DNA of 64,000 nt from Promethearchaeota archaeon (GCA_016839555.1 JAEOUA010000007.1:192001-256000); one strand, 5' to 3'; positions 9,652-20,513 are shown, numbered from the stretch's first letter. A program made the numbers and translations. The notes: generated from the letters alone by a model not told the origin.

Positions 9652-9891
9652 ATGGCTAAAGTAAAAGAAATTGCATTAGATATATTAAAAAGTATGTATG
9701 ATGAATATAGAAAAACACTTAAATATATTAGTCAACCAGATATAGAAAATATGATGGCAGGAAAATATGAACACAATGATTTTATAGTTGGAATTAATTA
9801 TTTAAAAGAAAAACTATGGATTAGCAATAATAGAGGTAATCCACCATTATATTGGCCAAACGCAGAAGGAATCGACCAAATTGAGATTTAA
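9652..9891 (+). CDS. Small winged-helix-like hypothetical protein
   Basis: 79 aa; INYLKEKLWI...WPNAEGID resembles wHTH wing signatures. Confidence 0.5.
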   Translation: MAKVKEIALDILKSMYDEYRKTLKYISQPDIENMMAGKYEHNDFIVGINYLKEKLWISNNRGNPPLYWPNAEGIDQIEI

Positions 9892-9943
9892 AGCAAATAA
9901 TATGAAAATATAAACTAATAAAATTTTAAATTATTATCTTTTT

Positions 9944-11050
9944 TTATTCTAATAATTTTTTCATTACGATTTCTGAGCTTCTATGGGTTTCCCAAAGAGA
10001 CAGAAATCTTTTTAAATTCTCATCATTTTGAAAGATCTTATCTCTAGCGATTCTTTTTGCTTTAAGAATCTTTAAAAAATTTCTATCTAATATTGCTTCA
10101 TAATATTGTCCTAGTTTTTCTAATTTGTCCCTTTTTTCGCCTTTCATAATTGCTTCTATTGCAAATTTACCCGACATCATTGCGTATGGAATCCCTTTAC
10201 CACTAATAGGATCCACAATCCCTCCGGCATCACCGACAGCAAATACTTTATCTTCATAGAGTTTCGGACGAAGTCCTACAGGTATTAAGTGTGGCTTAAA
10301 AATAGTTAGTTCTGAGTTTTTTAATGCTTTTTTAACGAAATCGAGATTAACAAATTGTTCAAACTCCGTTCGAGAATTTTTAATTAGATTAATCTGATTA
10401 CCCCATCCAACAGTAATATTATCTGCTTTGGGAAAAAGCCATGCATATCCAACAGATATCAAATCTTTTCCAAAAAACAAATGGACCGTGTCATTCCCTA
10501 AAACGTTATCTATCTGAGATCTTGAGGTGCCCATTTCTTTTGTAATAGTAAGTATTAAATCTTCCTTTTGAAAGTACGGCCACCCTAATTTCTTTAATGT
10601 TTGTGATGTGACCCCATCTGCGGCAATCACATAATTAGAAAGATATTTCTCTTTTTCAGTGCTAATTTTATAAAGATTATCCTCTCTCGTTATATTTATT
10701 AATGAATTTTTTTCCTCTAATCGAGCTCCACTACTGATTGCCATATCTGTTAAATATTTATCGAAAGTAGAACGCCACACAACTGCTCCTTTTCCTTTTT
10801 TAGAAAAATGATCTCCATCTAAATGATGTAATTCTAAAGATTCAATGACTCTACTAATTTTATCTTCTGGATAATCTATTTCTTCCACTAACTCCCAAGC
10901 TAATGCACCACCACAGGCTTTATATCTACCATTATCACTTATTTTTTCTTTTTCAAGTATACAAGTAGAATAACCATTTTCCGCAGCTTCTTTTCCAGCT
11001 ATAGAACCTCCGGGACCAGCTCCTACAATTATAATATCAAATTTATTCAT
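9944..11050 (-). CDS. Geranylgeranyl-reductase-family FAD oxidoreductase
   Basis: IVGAGPGG, KACGG, AADG, GYAWLFP, VGDAGG-DPISGKGI. Confidence 0.9.
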   Translation of the reverse strand: MNKFDIIIVGAGPGGSIAGKEAAENGYSTCILEKEKISDNGRYKACGGALAWELVEEIDYPEDKISRVIESLELHHLDGDHFSKKGKGAVVWRSTFDKYLTDMAISSGARLEEKNSLINITREDNLYKISTEKEKYLSNYVIAADGVTSQTLKKLGWPYFQKEDLILTITKEMGTSRSQIDNVLGNDTVHLFFGKDLISVGYAWLFPKADNITVGWGNQINLIKNSRTEFEQFVNLDFVKKALKNSELTIFKPHLIPVGLRPKLYEDKVFAVGDAGGIVDPISGKGIPYAMMSGKFAIEAIMKGEKRDKLEKLGQYYEAILDRNFLKILKAKRIARDKIFQNDENLKRFLSLWETHRSSEIVMKKLLE

Positions 11051-11108
11051 TTTAAGTCAAAACTTTGCTTAATTTATTATTTTTAATTACTAAAATTTAT
11101 TTATTCAA

Positions 11109-12698
11109 TTATACTTTAAATTCTATATTTTTAAATTTTGAAGAGATTGCTTCACTTATTTTATCTTTTTCACTTTTTGTTATAATTTTTTTGATGCTTT
11201 CTACATCTTTATTTTGTTTTAAATAGTTTTTTAAATATCTTCTAAATTTTTTACATTTTTCGTTATTTTCATCAAAAATATTATTCTTTTCATATGGATC
11301 ATTTAGTATATCAAAAAACTCCTCAAATCTATTTGCATAATTTATATACTTATATTTATTTGATCTTAAAAACCAAATATCATTTTCCATCTTAAAATCT
11401 AAATGATTCTTTATTAATTGACCAAGTTTGTGAGATTTAATTAACAAAATATCATTAATAAATTTATCACTTTTTAAATATTCTCCAAAAATATATTGAG
11501 GCGTTTGATTTTTTTCAACTTGATTTATCAAAGATTTTTCTGGAGCAAATAATTCGTATCTATTTTCGGGGATGCTTGCCATGTTAAGAATTGTATGGAA
11601 TAAATCTTTTAATTGGACTTGCTTTTCTATATCTTTTCTTTTAAAATTTTCATGATAAATAAGTAAAGGTACATGTGTTAAACTTTTATGAACACTTTTT
11701 AGGGGCATAGAATGACCCCAAAGAAAATGGTCTTGATTATTGCCCAGAAGTTCACCATGATCAGAAGTTATAATGATATATGAATTAGTTAATAAATTCT
11801 TCTTCTTCAATATATAAAAGATCCATTTTAAAATCAGATCTGAATAATACACTGAAGCATTATAAAACGCTTCAATCGTAGAGGGATAATTTTTATTAAA
11901 TTTTTTAGATATCTGATTCATATATACTTTAAATTCATGGGCATTAAATGCAAGGTCTTTATAAATTTCAAGTTTTTTATTGGTTAAGTTAAATAATTTT
12001 AATATTTGTTTTGGAGGATTATAAGGCTCATGAGTAGCCATTATATTAAAAAATATAAAGTAGGATTCATCCTTCGAAGGTTTCTGAATTAAATTACTAA
12101 ATTTGTTAATCTCTTGAATAGATAGGTTTTCAAAGTTATATATATTAAACTTCCAAAAAAATTTTAAGCTGAAATTAAAGATTAAAGCATTAATTTTTTT
12201 TCTAATTATTTTCCAAAAAACCTTAAGTTTTTTAGAATAAATATGATCTTTTATGATATTTTCAAAATAATTTAGCAGATTGAATAAATAGTTTAGTTTA
12301 ATATTTCTTTTAAGCCAAATAAATCCTTTTTTAAAATTATTTAAAATATGTTCAAAACCTTTAGTTAATTGAAATATTTTACTAACATAGGAATTTTCTG
12401 TATAGCAATATGTTTTATATCCATCATTTTTTAAAATTTGGGTTGCTGTTGGAATTTTGTATCCAAGACTATTAAAGTTACTAATTTCTCTTATTTGACT
12501 ATGATTTAATCCAGTAAACATCGAACAATGAGAAGGGAAAGTCCACACAGTATTTGCAATACAATTTCTAAAATTAAGTGAGTTTTTTAACAATTTTTTT
12601 AAAAATGGAGTTAATTCAATGCTAGAATATGTTGAAAATGTTTTATCTGCTCTTAAAGTATCTAGTACAATGAAAATTATGTGCGGTTTATTTCTCAT
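11109..12698 (-). CDS. Sulfatase-like hydrolase/transferase (alkaline phosphatase superfamily)
   Basis: IVLDTLRAD, WTFPSHCSMFTG (Thr at the nucleophile position), THEPY, TSDHGE, DPYEKNN. Confidence 0.88.
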   Translation of the reverse strand: MRNKPHIIFIVLDTLRADKTFSTYSSIELTPFLKKLLKNSLNFRNCIANTVWTFPSHCSMFTGLNHSQIREISNFNSLGYKIPTATQILKNDGYKTYCYTENSYVSKIFQLTKGFEHILNNFKKGFIWLKRNIKLNYLFNLLNYFENIIKDHIYSKKLKVFWKIIRKKINALIFNFSLKFFWKFNIYNFENLSIQEINKFSNLIQKPSKDESYFIFFNIMATHEPYNPPKQILKLFNLTNKKLEIYKDLAFNAHEFKVYMNQISKKFNKNYPSTIEAFYNASVYYSDLILKWIFYILKKKNLLTNSYIIITSDHGELLGNNQDHFLWGHSMPLKSVHKSLTHVPLLIYHENFKRKDIEKQVQLKDLFHTILNMASIPENRYELFAPEKSLINQVEKNQTPQYIFGEYLKSDKFINDILLIKSHKLGQLIKNHLDFKMENDIWFLRSNKYKYINYANRFEEFFDILNDPYEKNNIFDENNEKCKKFRRYLKNYLKQNKDVESIKKIITKSEKDKISEAISSKFKNIEFKV

Positions 12699-12972
12699 AG
12701 AACCATTTTATAATCTTTTTTAATTAAGAAAATAAAAGATATAGATTTACAAATACTTTCATCAATTAAAGTTTTTTTAAGTGTATTTTTGAGATATTTT
12801 AGAATCTTTTAATAGGATATTTTTAAAATATCTTTTCAAAACAATAAAAAATGAAATTATGAATACATATATCCCCATAATTATAATAATAATTAACAAA
12901 TTTTAACCTTTAAATTTAAAAAAGGGTTTAAATAAATATAATTAAAAATCAAAGAGATATCTAGAGATTTGT

Positions 12973-13770
12973 ATGAAAAAAATTAAAAAAGAATATGTGT
13001 GTCCCCCTGGAAAGAAATCTAAAGTCGTAATTGAAGATATTTCAATTAAAATTAAAGAAGGAGCTACTTTTATCTTGGGATTTGCCAGTTTAGGTTTATT
13101 GGGGTCTATAATTGGAAATACCTTTATTGACCAAGTTCCAGATATTAAAGAAATCGGGTTTATTACTTCAGAATTCCTTCCTCCTATATCCACGTTTTAT
13201 GATGGAGTGTTAAAATCCCCGTTTCGACTATACTATTCTGAAGAATATAATATAATTATTGGAATATCTGAAGTACCATTTAATATATCCTCCGCTTATA
13301 ATGATTTAGCAAAAACTATATGTAACTGGGCATTATCTGATGATGTAAAGGCAAAGGAAATAGTGGTGTTTCAAGGAATACCTCAAAAAGGAATGATTGA
13401 TGAATTTCCAGTATATTATGCATCCCAAGATAATAAAATTGATAATTTAGAAAAAGATGGGGTTAAAAAAGTCAAAAAAGGCATAATAACAGGACCAGAA
13501 GCTACAATAATTAATGAAGCATTAACCAATAAATTGAAACCTCTTGCTTTTTTTACTCCAGTTTATCAAATACCTACTCCAGAAGGAGCTGCTTCTATTA
13601 TAGAAGTATTAAATAAACATTATGATATGAACCTTAAAATAGATAAATTACTTGAACAAGGAAAAGAAATTAAAGAGAAGATGTTAGAACTCGCAGAAAA
13701 GGCAAGACAATATCAAAGAAAACAGATTCCAGAAGGGGAAGAAGATGAATACACTCAATATTACCAATAA
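12973..13770 (+). CDS. PAC2-family proteasome assembly chaperone (copy 1)
   Basis: GFASLGLLG, SEFLPP, GIITGP, PTPEGAA; C-terminal YYQ (HbYX). Confidence 0.88.
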   Translation: MKKIKKEYVCPPGKKSKVVIEDISIKIKEGATFILGFASLGLLGSIIGNTFIDQVPDIKEIGFITSEFLPPISTFYDGVLKSPFRLYYSEEYNIIIGISEVPFNISSAYNDLAKTICNWALSDDVKAKEIVVFQGIPQKGMIDEFPVYYASQDNKIDNLEKDGVKKVKKGIITGPEATIINEALTNKLKPLAFFTPVYQIPTPEGAASIIEVLNKHYDMNLKIDKLLEQGKEIKEKMLELAEKARQYQRKQIPEGEEDEYTQYYQ

Positions 13771-13919
13771 TAAATTTTTATTTGCTTTTTTATATATAAT
13801 CTTTAAGAAAAGAAGAAAGATTGAAAATTATCTTAATCCATAAAATTAATTTGATTTTTAAATCTTTTATATAATATCAATATATTTGAAAAAGAATGTT
13901 AAACAGGTAGAGAATCTAA

Positions 13920-14714
13920 ATGGTCATTAAAGAATATGTTTGTGATGCTGGAGAAAAAAGTAAGGTAGTAATAGAGGATTTCTCAGTAGAAATTAAGGAT
14001 GATTCCACAATCATTTTAGGGTTGGCGGGAATTGGACTTATTGGACCTATAATTGCAAATAGTTTGATTGAACAGATCCTTGATATTAAGGAAATAGGTT
14101 TTGTAACCAGCGAATACCTCCCTCCCATTTCTACATTTTATGATGGTATATTGAAACATCCATTTAGGATTTATTATTCCCCTCTCTATAATTTAATTGT
14201 GGGTATTTGCGAAGTACCTTTTGAAATATCCTCGGCTTATAATGATTTAGCGAAGACGATTAATAATTGGGCATTAAATGAGGATGTAAAAGCTAAACAA
14301 ATCGTAGTTTTTCAAGGAATCCCTCAAAGAGGCATGATAGATGAATTTCCTGTATATTATGCTGCAGAAGAAGAATTAATTGATTATCTTGAACAATTCA
14401 ACCTTAAAAAATTTGAGAAAGGCATTATTGTCGGACCGGAGTCAACCATTATTAATGAAACTTTAACAAATAAATTACAAGGATATGTTTTGTTTGCACC
14501 GGTTTATCAAATTCCCACTCCTGAGGCAGCAGCATCAATTATTAAGGTTCTAAATCAAATTTATAAAATGGATATAGACGTTAACCCATTACTCGAAGAA
14601 GGAAAAGAAATTAAAGAAAAGATGTTAGAACTTGCAGAAAAAGCACAAGAATATCGTAGAAAGCAATTATCTAGCAAAAGTGGAGGGGAAGAATATACAG
14701 AATATTATAGATGA
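13920..14714 (+). CDS. PAC2-family proteasome assembly chaperone (copy 2)
   Basis: Close paralogue of 12973..13770; C-terminal YYR (HbYX). Confidence 0.88.
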   Translation: MVIKEYVCDAGEKSKVVIEDFSVEIKDDSTIILGLAGIGLIGPIIANSLIEQILDIKEIGFVTSEYLPPISTFYDGILKHPFRIYYSPLYNLIVGICEVPFEISSAYNDLAKTINNWALNEDVKAKQIVVFQGIPQRGMIDEFPVYYAAEEELIDYLEQFNLKKFEKGIIVGPESTIINETLTNKLQGYVLFAPVYQIPTPEAAASIIKVLNQIYKMDIDVNPLLEEGKEIKEKMLELAEKAQEYRRKQLSSKSGGEEYTEYYR

Positions 14715-14855
14715 TCAATAACTAGGCTCATTTTAATTTTTTGAGAACTTATTCAATATTTAAACTAGTATTAAAAAAGAATTTCTAAAGAGATTAGAGA
14801 GATTTTGAATAAAGTAACATAATTAGAATTAAACATAGTAAACGGAGAATTATAA

Positions 14856-16034
14856 ATGTTTCAGAATCATTCATTCTTGAAAAATATTGTTTGTACTAAT
14901 TGCAATTCTCAGTATAATATTAATAAATTGAATAATTTATGTACATCTTGTGGAAAGGTATTATTTCCTAAATATGATTTAGAAGGAGCAAAAGAATTTC
15001 TTTCTAAAGTTCTAATACGGAAAAAAAAAGTATATAATATCTGGCGTTTTAATGAAATAATGCCTGTAATAAACCCAAAATTTCGAATATCGCTTGGAGA
15101 AGGATGGACTCCCTTAGTAAAACTTAATATTCTTGGTAGGCAATTCGGATTAAAAAATTTATTTTTAAAAGATGAGGGACAAAATCCAACTGGCACTTTT
15201 AAAAGTCGTGGTCTCTGTGCTGCGGTTTCAAAAGGATTAGAATTAGGCGTTAAAGATTTTGTTATGCCAAGTGCAGGAAATGCAGGAGCCGCCCTATCAG
15301 CATATACGGCTCATGCAGGTGCAAAGGCTCATATTTTTGCACCAAAAGATGCACCCGAGTTTATTTTAAAAGAAATTGATGTAATGGGAGGAGATCTTGT
15401 ATTAATTGATGGATTAATTGATTACGCTGGAGAGAGAGCAAATATCGCTGAAAAAGAAAATGGATGGTTTTCTGTATCTACTCTAAAAGAACCATATCGT
15501 GTAGAAGGGAAAAAAACGATGGGATTCGAATTAGCAGAACAATTCGAATGGACTTTACCAGATGTTATAGTATATCCCACTGGGGGTGGAACGGGAATTG
15601 TAGGTATGTGGAAAGCATTTTTAGAGCTAGAAGAACTTGGATTAATTAGCAATAAAAGACCTAGAATGGTGGCTGTCCAACCAGAAGGATGTCAACCTAT
15701 TGTGCGGGCATTTGAACAGGGCAAAAAATCTGCCACTAAATGGGAAAATGCTCATTCTTTTGCTGGAGGAATAAGAGTGCCTAGTGCTATTGGTGATTAT
15801 TTAATTCTTGATGCTATAAGAAGTTCTGGTGGGACTGCTGTTGCGGTTCCAGATTCAGAAATTAAAACGGCAATGTATAAATTAGCTAGAACCGAGGGAA
15901 TAATGTTATGCCCTGAAGCAGCGGCAACAGCAGCCGCCTTACAAACATTAATCGAAAATGGATTTCTAGATAAAGATGAAAAAATAGTATTATTTGGTAC
16001 CGGCTCTGGTTTAATCACTCCAAATGATTGGTAA
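14856..16034 (+). CDS. thrC: Threonine synthase
   Basis: N-terminal zinc ribbon, SLGEGWTPL, NPTGTFKSRG (PLP Lys), SAGNAG, EGKKTMG, PTGGG. Confidence 0.9.
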   Translation: MFQNHSFLKNIVCTNCNSQYNINKLNNLCTSCGKVLFPKYDLEGAKEFLSKVLIRKKKVYNIWRFNEIMPVINPKFRISLGEGWTPLVKLNILGRQFGLKNLFLKDEGQNPTGTFKSRGLCAAVSKGLELGVKDFVMPSAGNAGAALSAYTAHAGAKAHIFAPKDAPEFILKEIDVMGGDLVLIDGLIDYAGERANIAEKENGWFSVSTLKEPYRVEGKKTMGFELAEQFEWTLPDVIVYPTGGGTGIVGMWKAFLELEELGLISNKRPRMVAVQPEGCQPIVRAFEQGKKSATKWENAHSFAGGIRVPSAIGDYLILDAIRSSGGTAVAVPDSEIKTAMYKLARTEGIMLCPEAAATAAALQTLIENGFLDKDEKIVLFGTGSGLITPNDW

Positions 16035-16375
16035 ATATAGAATTTATATTGGAATATTTTTGTTTATCACATATAAACTCATTTCAATGATATTGAAAAA
16101 TTTTATATATATCTACCTTAGATAAATATAAAAAAGTTCCTATTATATAATACTCCATTGAGGAAATTAAAGAAAGATTAGAAATACTCTTTAGTACATA
16201 ATAATGTAGAGTTTAGCAATAATATTTTTAAATTTTTCAAATGTGTTGTCTCATAATTCTATTTTATTGTGAAAAAATTCACATATCCTTTTCTATATTT
16301 CATAAAAAGGAACTTTTTATTATTTGAAATATTTCAAAATTTAAGAAAATTACAAAAACACAAGGCTAAGTTAGA

Positions 16376-16558
16376 ATGCATGGAAAAGCTAAAGCAAAAG
16401 GGAATGCTGAAACTGAAAGAAAAATAATTAGAAAAAAAAGAGGAAATTTAACTTGTGCATATTGCAAGAATTATAATGATGGTTTTTGTATAAATTGGCA
16501 TATCAATATAAAATTAGATGAAATTCCGTGCCAAGATTTTAAACTAGCTGATTTTTAA
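16376..16558 (+). CDS. Small Cys-rich protein (putative metal-binding)
   Basis: CAYC...GFC...PC pattern in 60 aa. Confidence 0.5.
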   Translation: MHGKAKAKGNAETERKIIRKKRGNLTCAYCKNYNDGFCINWHINIKLDEIPCQDFKLADF

Positions 16559-16639
16559 AAGTATTTCATACAATATAATTATTACTTTTTTTAATGTATT
16601 AATTCTATAAAAAACTAATCAAGAGAAAAATAAAAAACT

Positions 16640-17191
16640 TTATTTTTTCGCTTGTTCCATTAACCAATTCTTTAATTCAGAAAAATTTGAAAATACAGTA
16701 ATTCCTTCCATATTTTTTAATTTATTAATATTCTCAATTTCAATATCTCTAATTTTTAATACAAGTGGGCTTCCATCGGGTTTGGATGTTATGATGGGCT
16801 CTTTATGCTGGTCAGAAGGTAATAAATAAACAGGAACACTTCCCTTTATGGTTTGCGCTACACAATTTGTAATTAGTGAGTCTGCAATACCATAAGAAAT
16901 TTTTGCTACGGAATTTGCAGAAACAGGACAAACAATAAGAAAATCATATTTACCAATTTGAAGAGGACCTGCGAGAAAAGGATTATTTGGTGTATTTTCA
17001 AGAAAGACCTTTTTTACAACTTCATTTAAATAATCCCATTGCTTATACCACTTAACAACTACTTCTCCTTCTTTAGATAACATTACAGTAATATTTATAT
17101 CATAATTTTCTTGCAAATCTTTCATTAACTCAATAGATTCTTTCAATATATAGCCCGTTCCGGTCATACCCCACATAATTTTGAGAGACAA
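16640..17191 (-). CDS. Archaeal flavoprotein (AfpA/DmrX-like, HFCD family)
   Basis: WGMTGTG, PVSANSVAKISYGIADSLITN, PSD; TTG start after GGTGA. Confidence 0.85.
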   Translation of the reverse strand: MSLKIMWGMTGTGYILKESIELMKDLQENYDINITVMLSKEGEVVVKWYKQWDYLNEVVKKVFLENTPNNPFLAGPLQIGKYDFLIVCPVSANSVAKISYGIADSLITNCVAQTIKGSVPVYLLPSDQHKEPIITSKPDGSPLVLKIRDIEIENINKLKNMEGITVFSNFSELKNWLMEQAKK

Positions 17192-17385
17192 TAAAATTCA
17201 CCAACTCTTATTGTTTTATGTACTATTAATTACTTCTTATTATATGTAATTTCTTATTATTTTTTATTTATTATATCAAATTTATTAACAATAAATTGAA
17301 TGATCAAATTTTATTGTAATAAATATTTTAACCACATAAAGAATACTATATATTTCTTGAAATAATAACTTTATTTGGATATTTT

Positions 17386-19815
17386 ATGGAAAAGAAATCA
17401 CTACATTTTGAAGATCATTTAATAAAAGTTATAGAGGCTAAAAAATTAGATTCCTCATTTAAAGTAAGATCCTACCATGAAAATTTGAAAATAATGGAAC
17501 AAAAAAATATACCTCAAAATTCTATTGAGGAAGTACTTAATGATTTCTTTTCTGAAAATTTAAAGGATATCTCAAAATCGACTAAAAAATCGATAACTCA
17601 AATAGTATATTATAAAGAGGATAGGCTAATAATATTAGAATCTAAACAAGCGAGGGAAGTGATCTGGAATCGAGAACAACTTGTAAAAAAATACGGTTGG
17701 TTCTTTTTTGTTACTAAAAAATTTGTACCCTCTGGAATTGCTGAAACAAAAAAAAGAAGTAAAAAGAAAGAGAAATCAAAAGAAAGAATTCTTTCAAAAG
17801 AAGAATATCAAGTGAATGGATTTCAATTTGATTTAGTTCAAAAAAAAAATATGCGACCCCTCTATCATACTAAGGAATACAATAGATATCTTCAAATTAT
17901 TAAGTTAAATAATATTATAACCCTCCCCATTAAAGAAACCTTAAACGACTTTTTCTTACAAAACAATTCAGTTCCAGAGAAAGAAAAAAATGCAATTAGA
18001 AAAATTATTTACTATGAAGAAGAAAAGGTTATTGTAGTTAAATCATTAATAGGAGATAAAATGTATGAGAATTTAGAAAATTTAGTAAGAAAATATGGAT
18101 GGTATTTTTATATAACAGGAGTGCCCGTTGGTAAAAGCAAAATTTCAATTGCTATTGATAAAATAGAAAAACGATATGATACTACTTATTTTGAAAATAC
18201 CTCTATATCGAAAAATTTAAAAAATAATGAAAAGATTCGCCTAATTCTTTATCCTATTGCATCAAGACCTAATCATAATTGCTTAATATTAGGGACTGGC
18301 CATCTAAATATATTACTAGATTGTGGTATTGAGGAAAAATCTTTAAAGGATATCGATGAATATCTTGAAAATGTAAATGATCTATTACAGAAAGATAAAC
18401 ATAAACAATTAATATTATCGAAAAGTGAAAATGAGCACTCTAATTTGGAAGATATAGACAAATTAAGAGAAATAAATTCACAAGATAAAGAAGAAATAAA
18501 AAAAGATGATGGAAATGAACTTCAATCCAATTGCTCACAGACTTTGACTAATGATAATATGGAGTTAGTTTTAAACAAGGAAAATTTTGAACCCAAAATC
18601 GATGCCGTCTTTCTTTCCCATTCCCACTATGATCATGTGTCAGGATTATTAGATTTTATTAAAGCTCATCCGGATATACCCGTTTTATGCTCCAGAATTA
18701 CATTGGATTTATATCTTTTAAGAGATTCTGATTTTTTAGATCAAAAACAAAAGGATGAAATTGAACAAGAAGAATATCGAAATGTGGTAAAGAATGTAAT
18801 TTATGTGGAGAATGGAGATAAAATAGAATTTAAGGAAAAGGATTGTTTTCTTTCTTTTTTTCATGCTGGTCATATGCCTGGCGCATTAATGATGCTCGTA
18901 AAGGTAAAGGATTATCGATTTCTTTATACCGGCGATTACACTTATTATGATATTACGCCTTTCGCTGGAACTAAAAGATTTTTGGATCAAATATCCCGTC
19001 CTTTAGATTTTCTTTTAATCGATGGATCAAGTGCTTATGAAGAGTTTGGAAATCCTTCTCAACATTTTCACAGTTTAATTCTATTTCTGGAACAGAAGGC
19101 AGAATATGGTAATAGTTCTTTAATCGGAGCAGACCCTTCAAGTTTAGCGATAAGTTTTATGCTAAAATTCTGGAGACATTTTAGAAAAAAGCAACTGCGA
19201 CATGATTATCAAAAAAGGCCAAACATTTATGTTGATATGATGGTAAGAAAAAATATTCAAGTTATTAATCATCGTTATAAATATATTTATGGGCCTATAT
19301 CAAGGCTTATCAGAGATAAAGCTAATCCATTTAATAGTATTAAGTTAAGATGGTTTGATCATGATGATTTAGATTTTTTGAAAAAGAAAAACTGTATCAT
19401 AATTTCTCATCCGGTAGATTTGAATTATGGAATTATTAAGAAAATTTTTAGTCGTATTGCGCCAAATCCTCATAATTTAGTATATCTGGCTGGTGGCATA
19501 AATGAGGAGCCGGGATATTCTTTGGTGAATCCTCCTGAAGATAAAAAGAATGAGCCCCCAATTGTAGAATTTTCAGAGTCTTGGAAAATTCCTTGTAGAG
19601 CCTTACTTGTTAATACTTTCGCTCCTCAAATCAAAATTAAGCTTCACGGGGATAAAACTCAACTTACTGAAATGATTAAAAATTTAGAGCCTAGAGAAAT
19701 ATGCTTTTTCCATGAAAGCCCCCGAAAATTGACAGAAGTTGCCGATTACGTCATTTCATTGGGTGTTCAGAAAGTTTCAATCCCTCAGGAAAAAAAATTA
19801 ATAATTTTAAATTAA
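17386..19815 (+). CDS. Beta-CASP MBL ribonuclease with two degenerate KH-like N-terminal repeats (aCPSF1-like paralogue)
   Basis: LLDCG, SHSHYDH, AGHMPG, YTGD, LHGD. Two ~100-aa N-terminal repeats end in LVxKYGW. Confidence 0.82.
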   Translation: MEKKSLHFEDHLIKVIEAKKLDSSFKVRSYHENLKIMEQKNIPQNSIEEVLNDFFSENLKDISKSTKKSITQIVYYKEDRLIILESKQAREVIWNREQLVKKYGWFFFVTKKFVPSGIAETKKRSKKKEKSKERILSKEEYQVNGFQFDLVQKKNMRPLYHTKEYNRYLQIIKLNNIITLPIKETLNDFFLQNNSVPEKEKNAIRKIIYYEEEKVIVVKSLIGDKMYENLENLVRKYGWYFYITGVPVGKSKISIAIDKIEKRYDTTYFENTSISKNLKNNEKIRLILYPIASRPNHNCLILGTGHLNILLDCGIEEKSLKDIDEYLENVNDLLQKDKHKQLILSKSENEHSNLEDIDKLREINSQDKEEIKKDDGNELQSNCSQTLTNDNMELVLNKENFEPKIDAVFLSHSHYDHVSGLLDFIKAHPDIPVLCSRITLDLYLLRDSDFLDQKQKDEIEQEEYRNVVKNVIYVENGDKIEFKEKDCFLSFFHAGHMPGALMMLVKVKDYRFLYTGDYTYYDITPFAGTKRFLDQISRPLDFLLIDGSSAYEEFGNPSQHFHSLILFLEQKAEYGNSSLIGADPSSLAISFMLKFWRHFRKKQLRHDYQKRPNIYVDMMVRKNIQVINHRYKYIYGPISRLIRDKANPFNSIKLRWFDHDDLDFLKKKNCIIISHPVDLNYGIIKKIFSRIAPNPHNLVYLAGGINEEPGYSLVNPPEDKKNEPPIVEFSESWKIPCRALLVNTFAPQIKIKLHGDKTQLTEMIKNLEPREICFFHESPRKLTEVADYVISLGVQKVSIPQEKKLIILN

Positions 19816-20026
19816 ACGATTATTTAGAAGAATGTTTAAAGCGAATTGTAGAAAGAAGATAAAATTTTTTAGTACTTGCTAAAAAAATTTATTTTTGTTA
19901 CAAAAATTTGTAAAATAATTAAGGGTTCTATAATTTTTATATTTATTAGGATACTAGTCATTTAGTTTCTTTTTAAAATTAAAGATTATAAAATTTAAAA
20001 TAAATTTTAGCTTTTGGAATTAGACT

Positions 20027-20470
20027 TTGAAAGATATTATTGCTAATAGTAATATTAACAGTAAAAAAGAGGCATTGCAGTCCTATACCGTTAAATTAAT
20101 AGATCATTATAAAAATCCAAGGAATTTGGGAGAAATGAAAAATCCTAATTCTCTCGGAGAAGTTAGAAATAAAAAATATGGTGATGTTGCTTATTTTTAC
20201 TTAAAGATTGAAAAAAATAATGGAAATGCGGTCATTAAAGATGCGACATTTCAAACTTTCGGGTGTGCTATATCTATTGCAACATCCAGCATCTTAACTG
20301 AAATAATAAAAGGTATGCCTCTTAATGAAGCTCAGAGAATTAGTAAGAAAGATATAGCTGACGAATTAAAAATCCCTCTAAATCTAATGAGACATAGTAT
20401 TGATTTAGCAATAAAGGGTTTAAAAAATGCGATTAGAAATTATTATGATAAAAAATATGAATTAATTTAA
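20027..20470 (+). CDS. IscU/NifU-N-like scaffold with degenerate cysteines
   Basis: DHYKNPRNLG, FQTFGCAISIA; Cys1 and Cys3 positions replaced. Confidence 0.85.
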   Translation: MKDIIANSNINSKKEALQSYTVKLIDHYKNPRNLGEMKNPNSLGEVRNKKYGDVAYFYLKIEKNNGNAVIKDATFQTFGCAISIATSSILTEIIKGMPLNEAQRISKKDIADELKIPLNLMRHSIDLAIKGLKNAIRNYYDKKYELI

Positions 20471-20513
20471 TTTGATATCTATTCTTTTTGATTTCTGATT
20501 GTTCTTTAAATTT

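Noticed and set aside
11109-12698. Sulfatase lacking C/SxPxR as a pseudogene
   Set aside because: ORF intact; TxPSH variants are common in this superfamily
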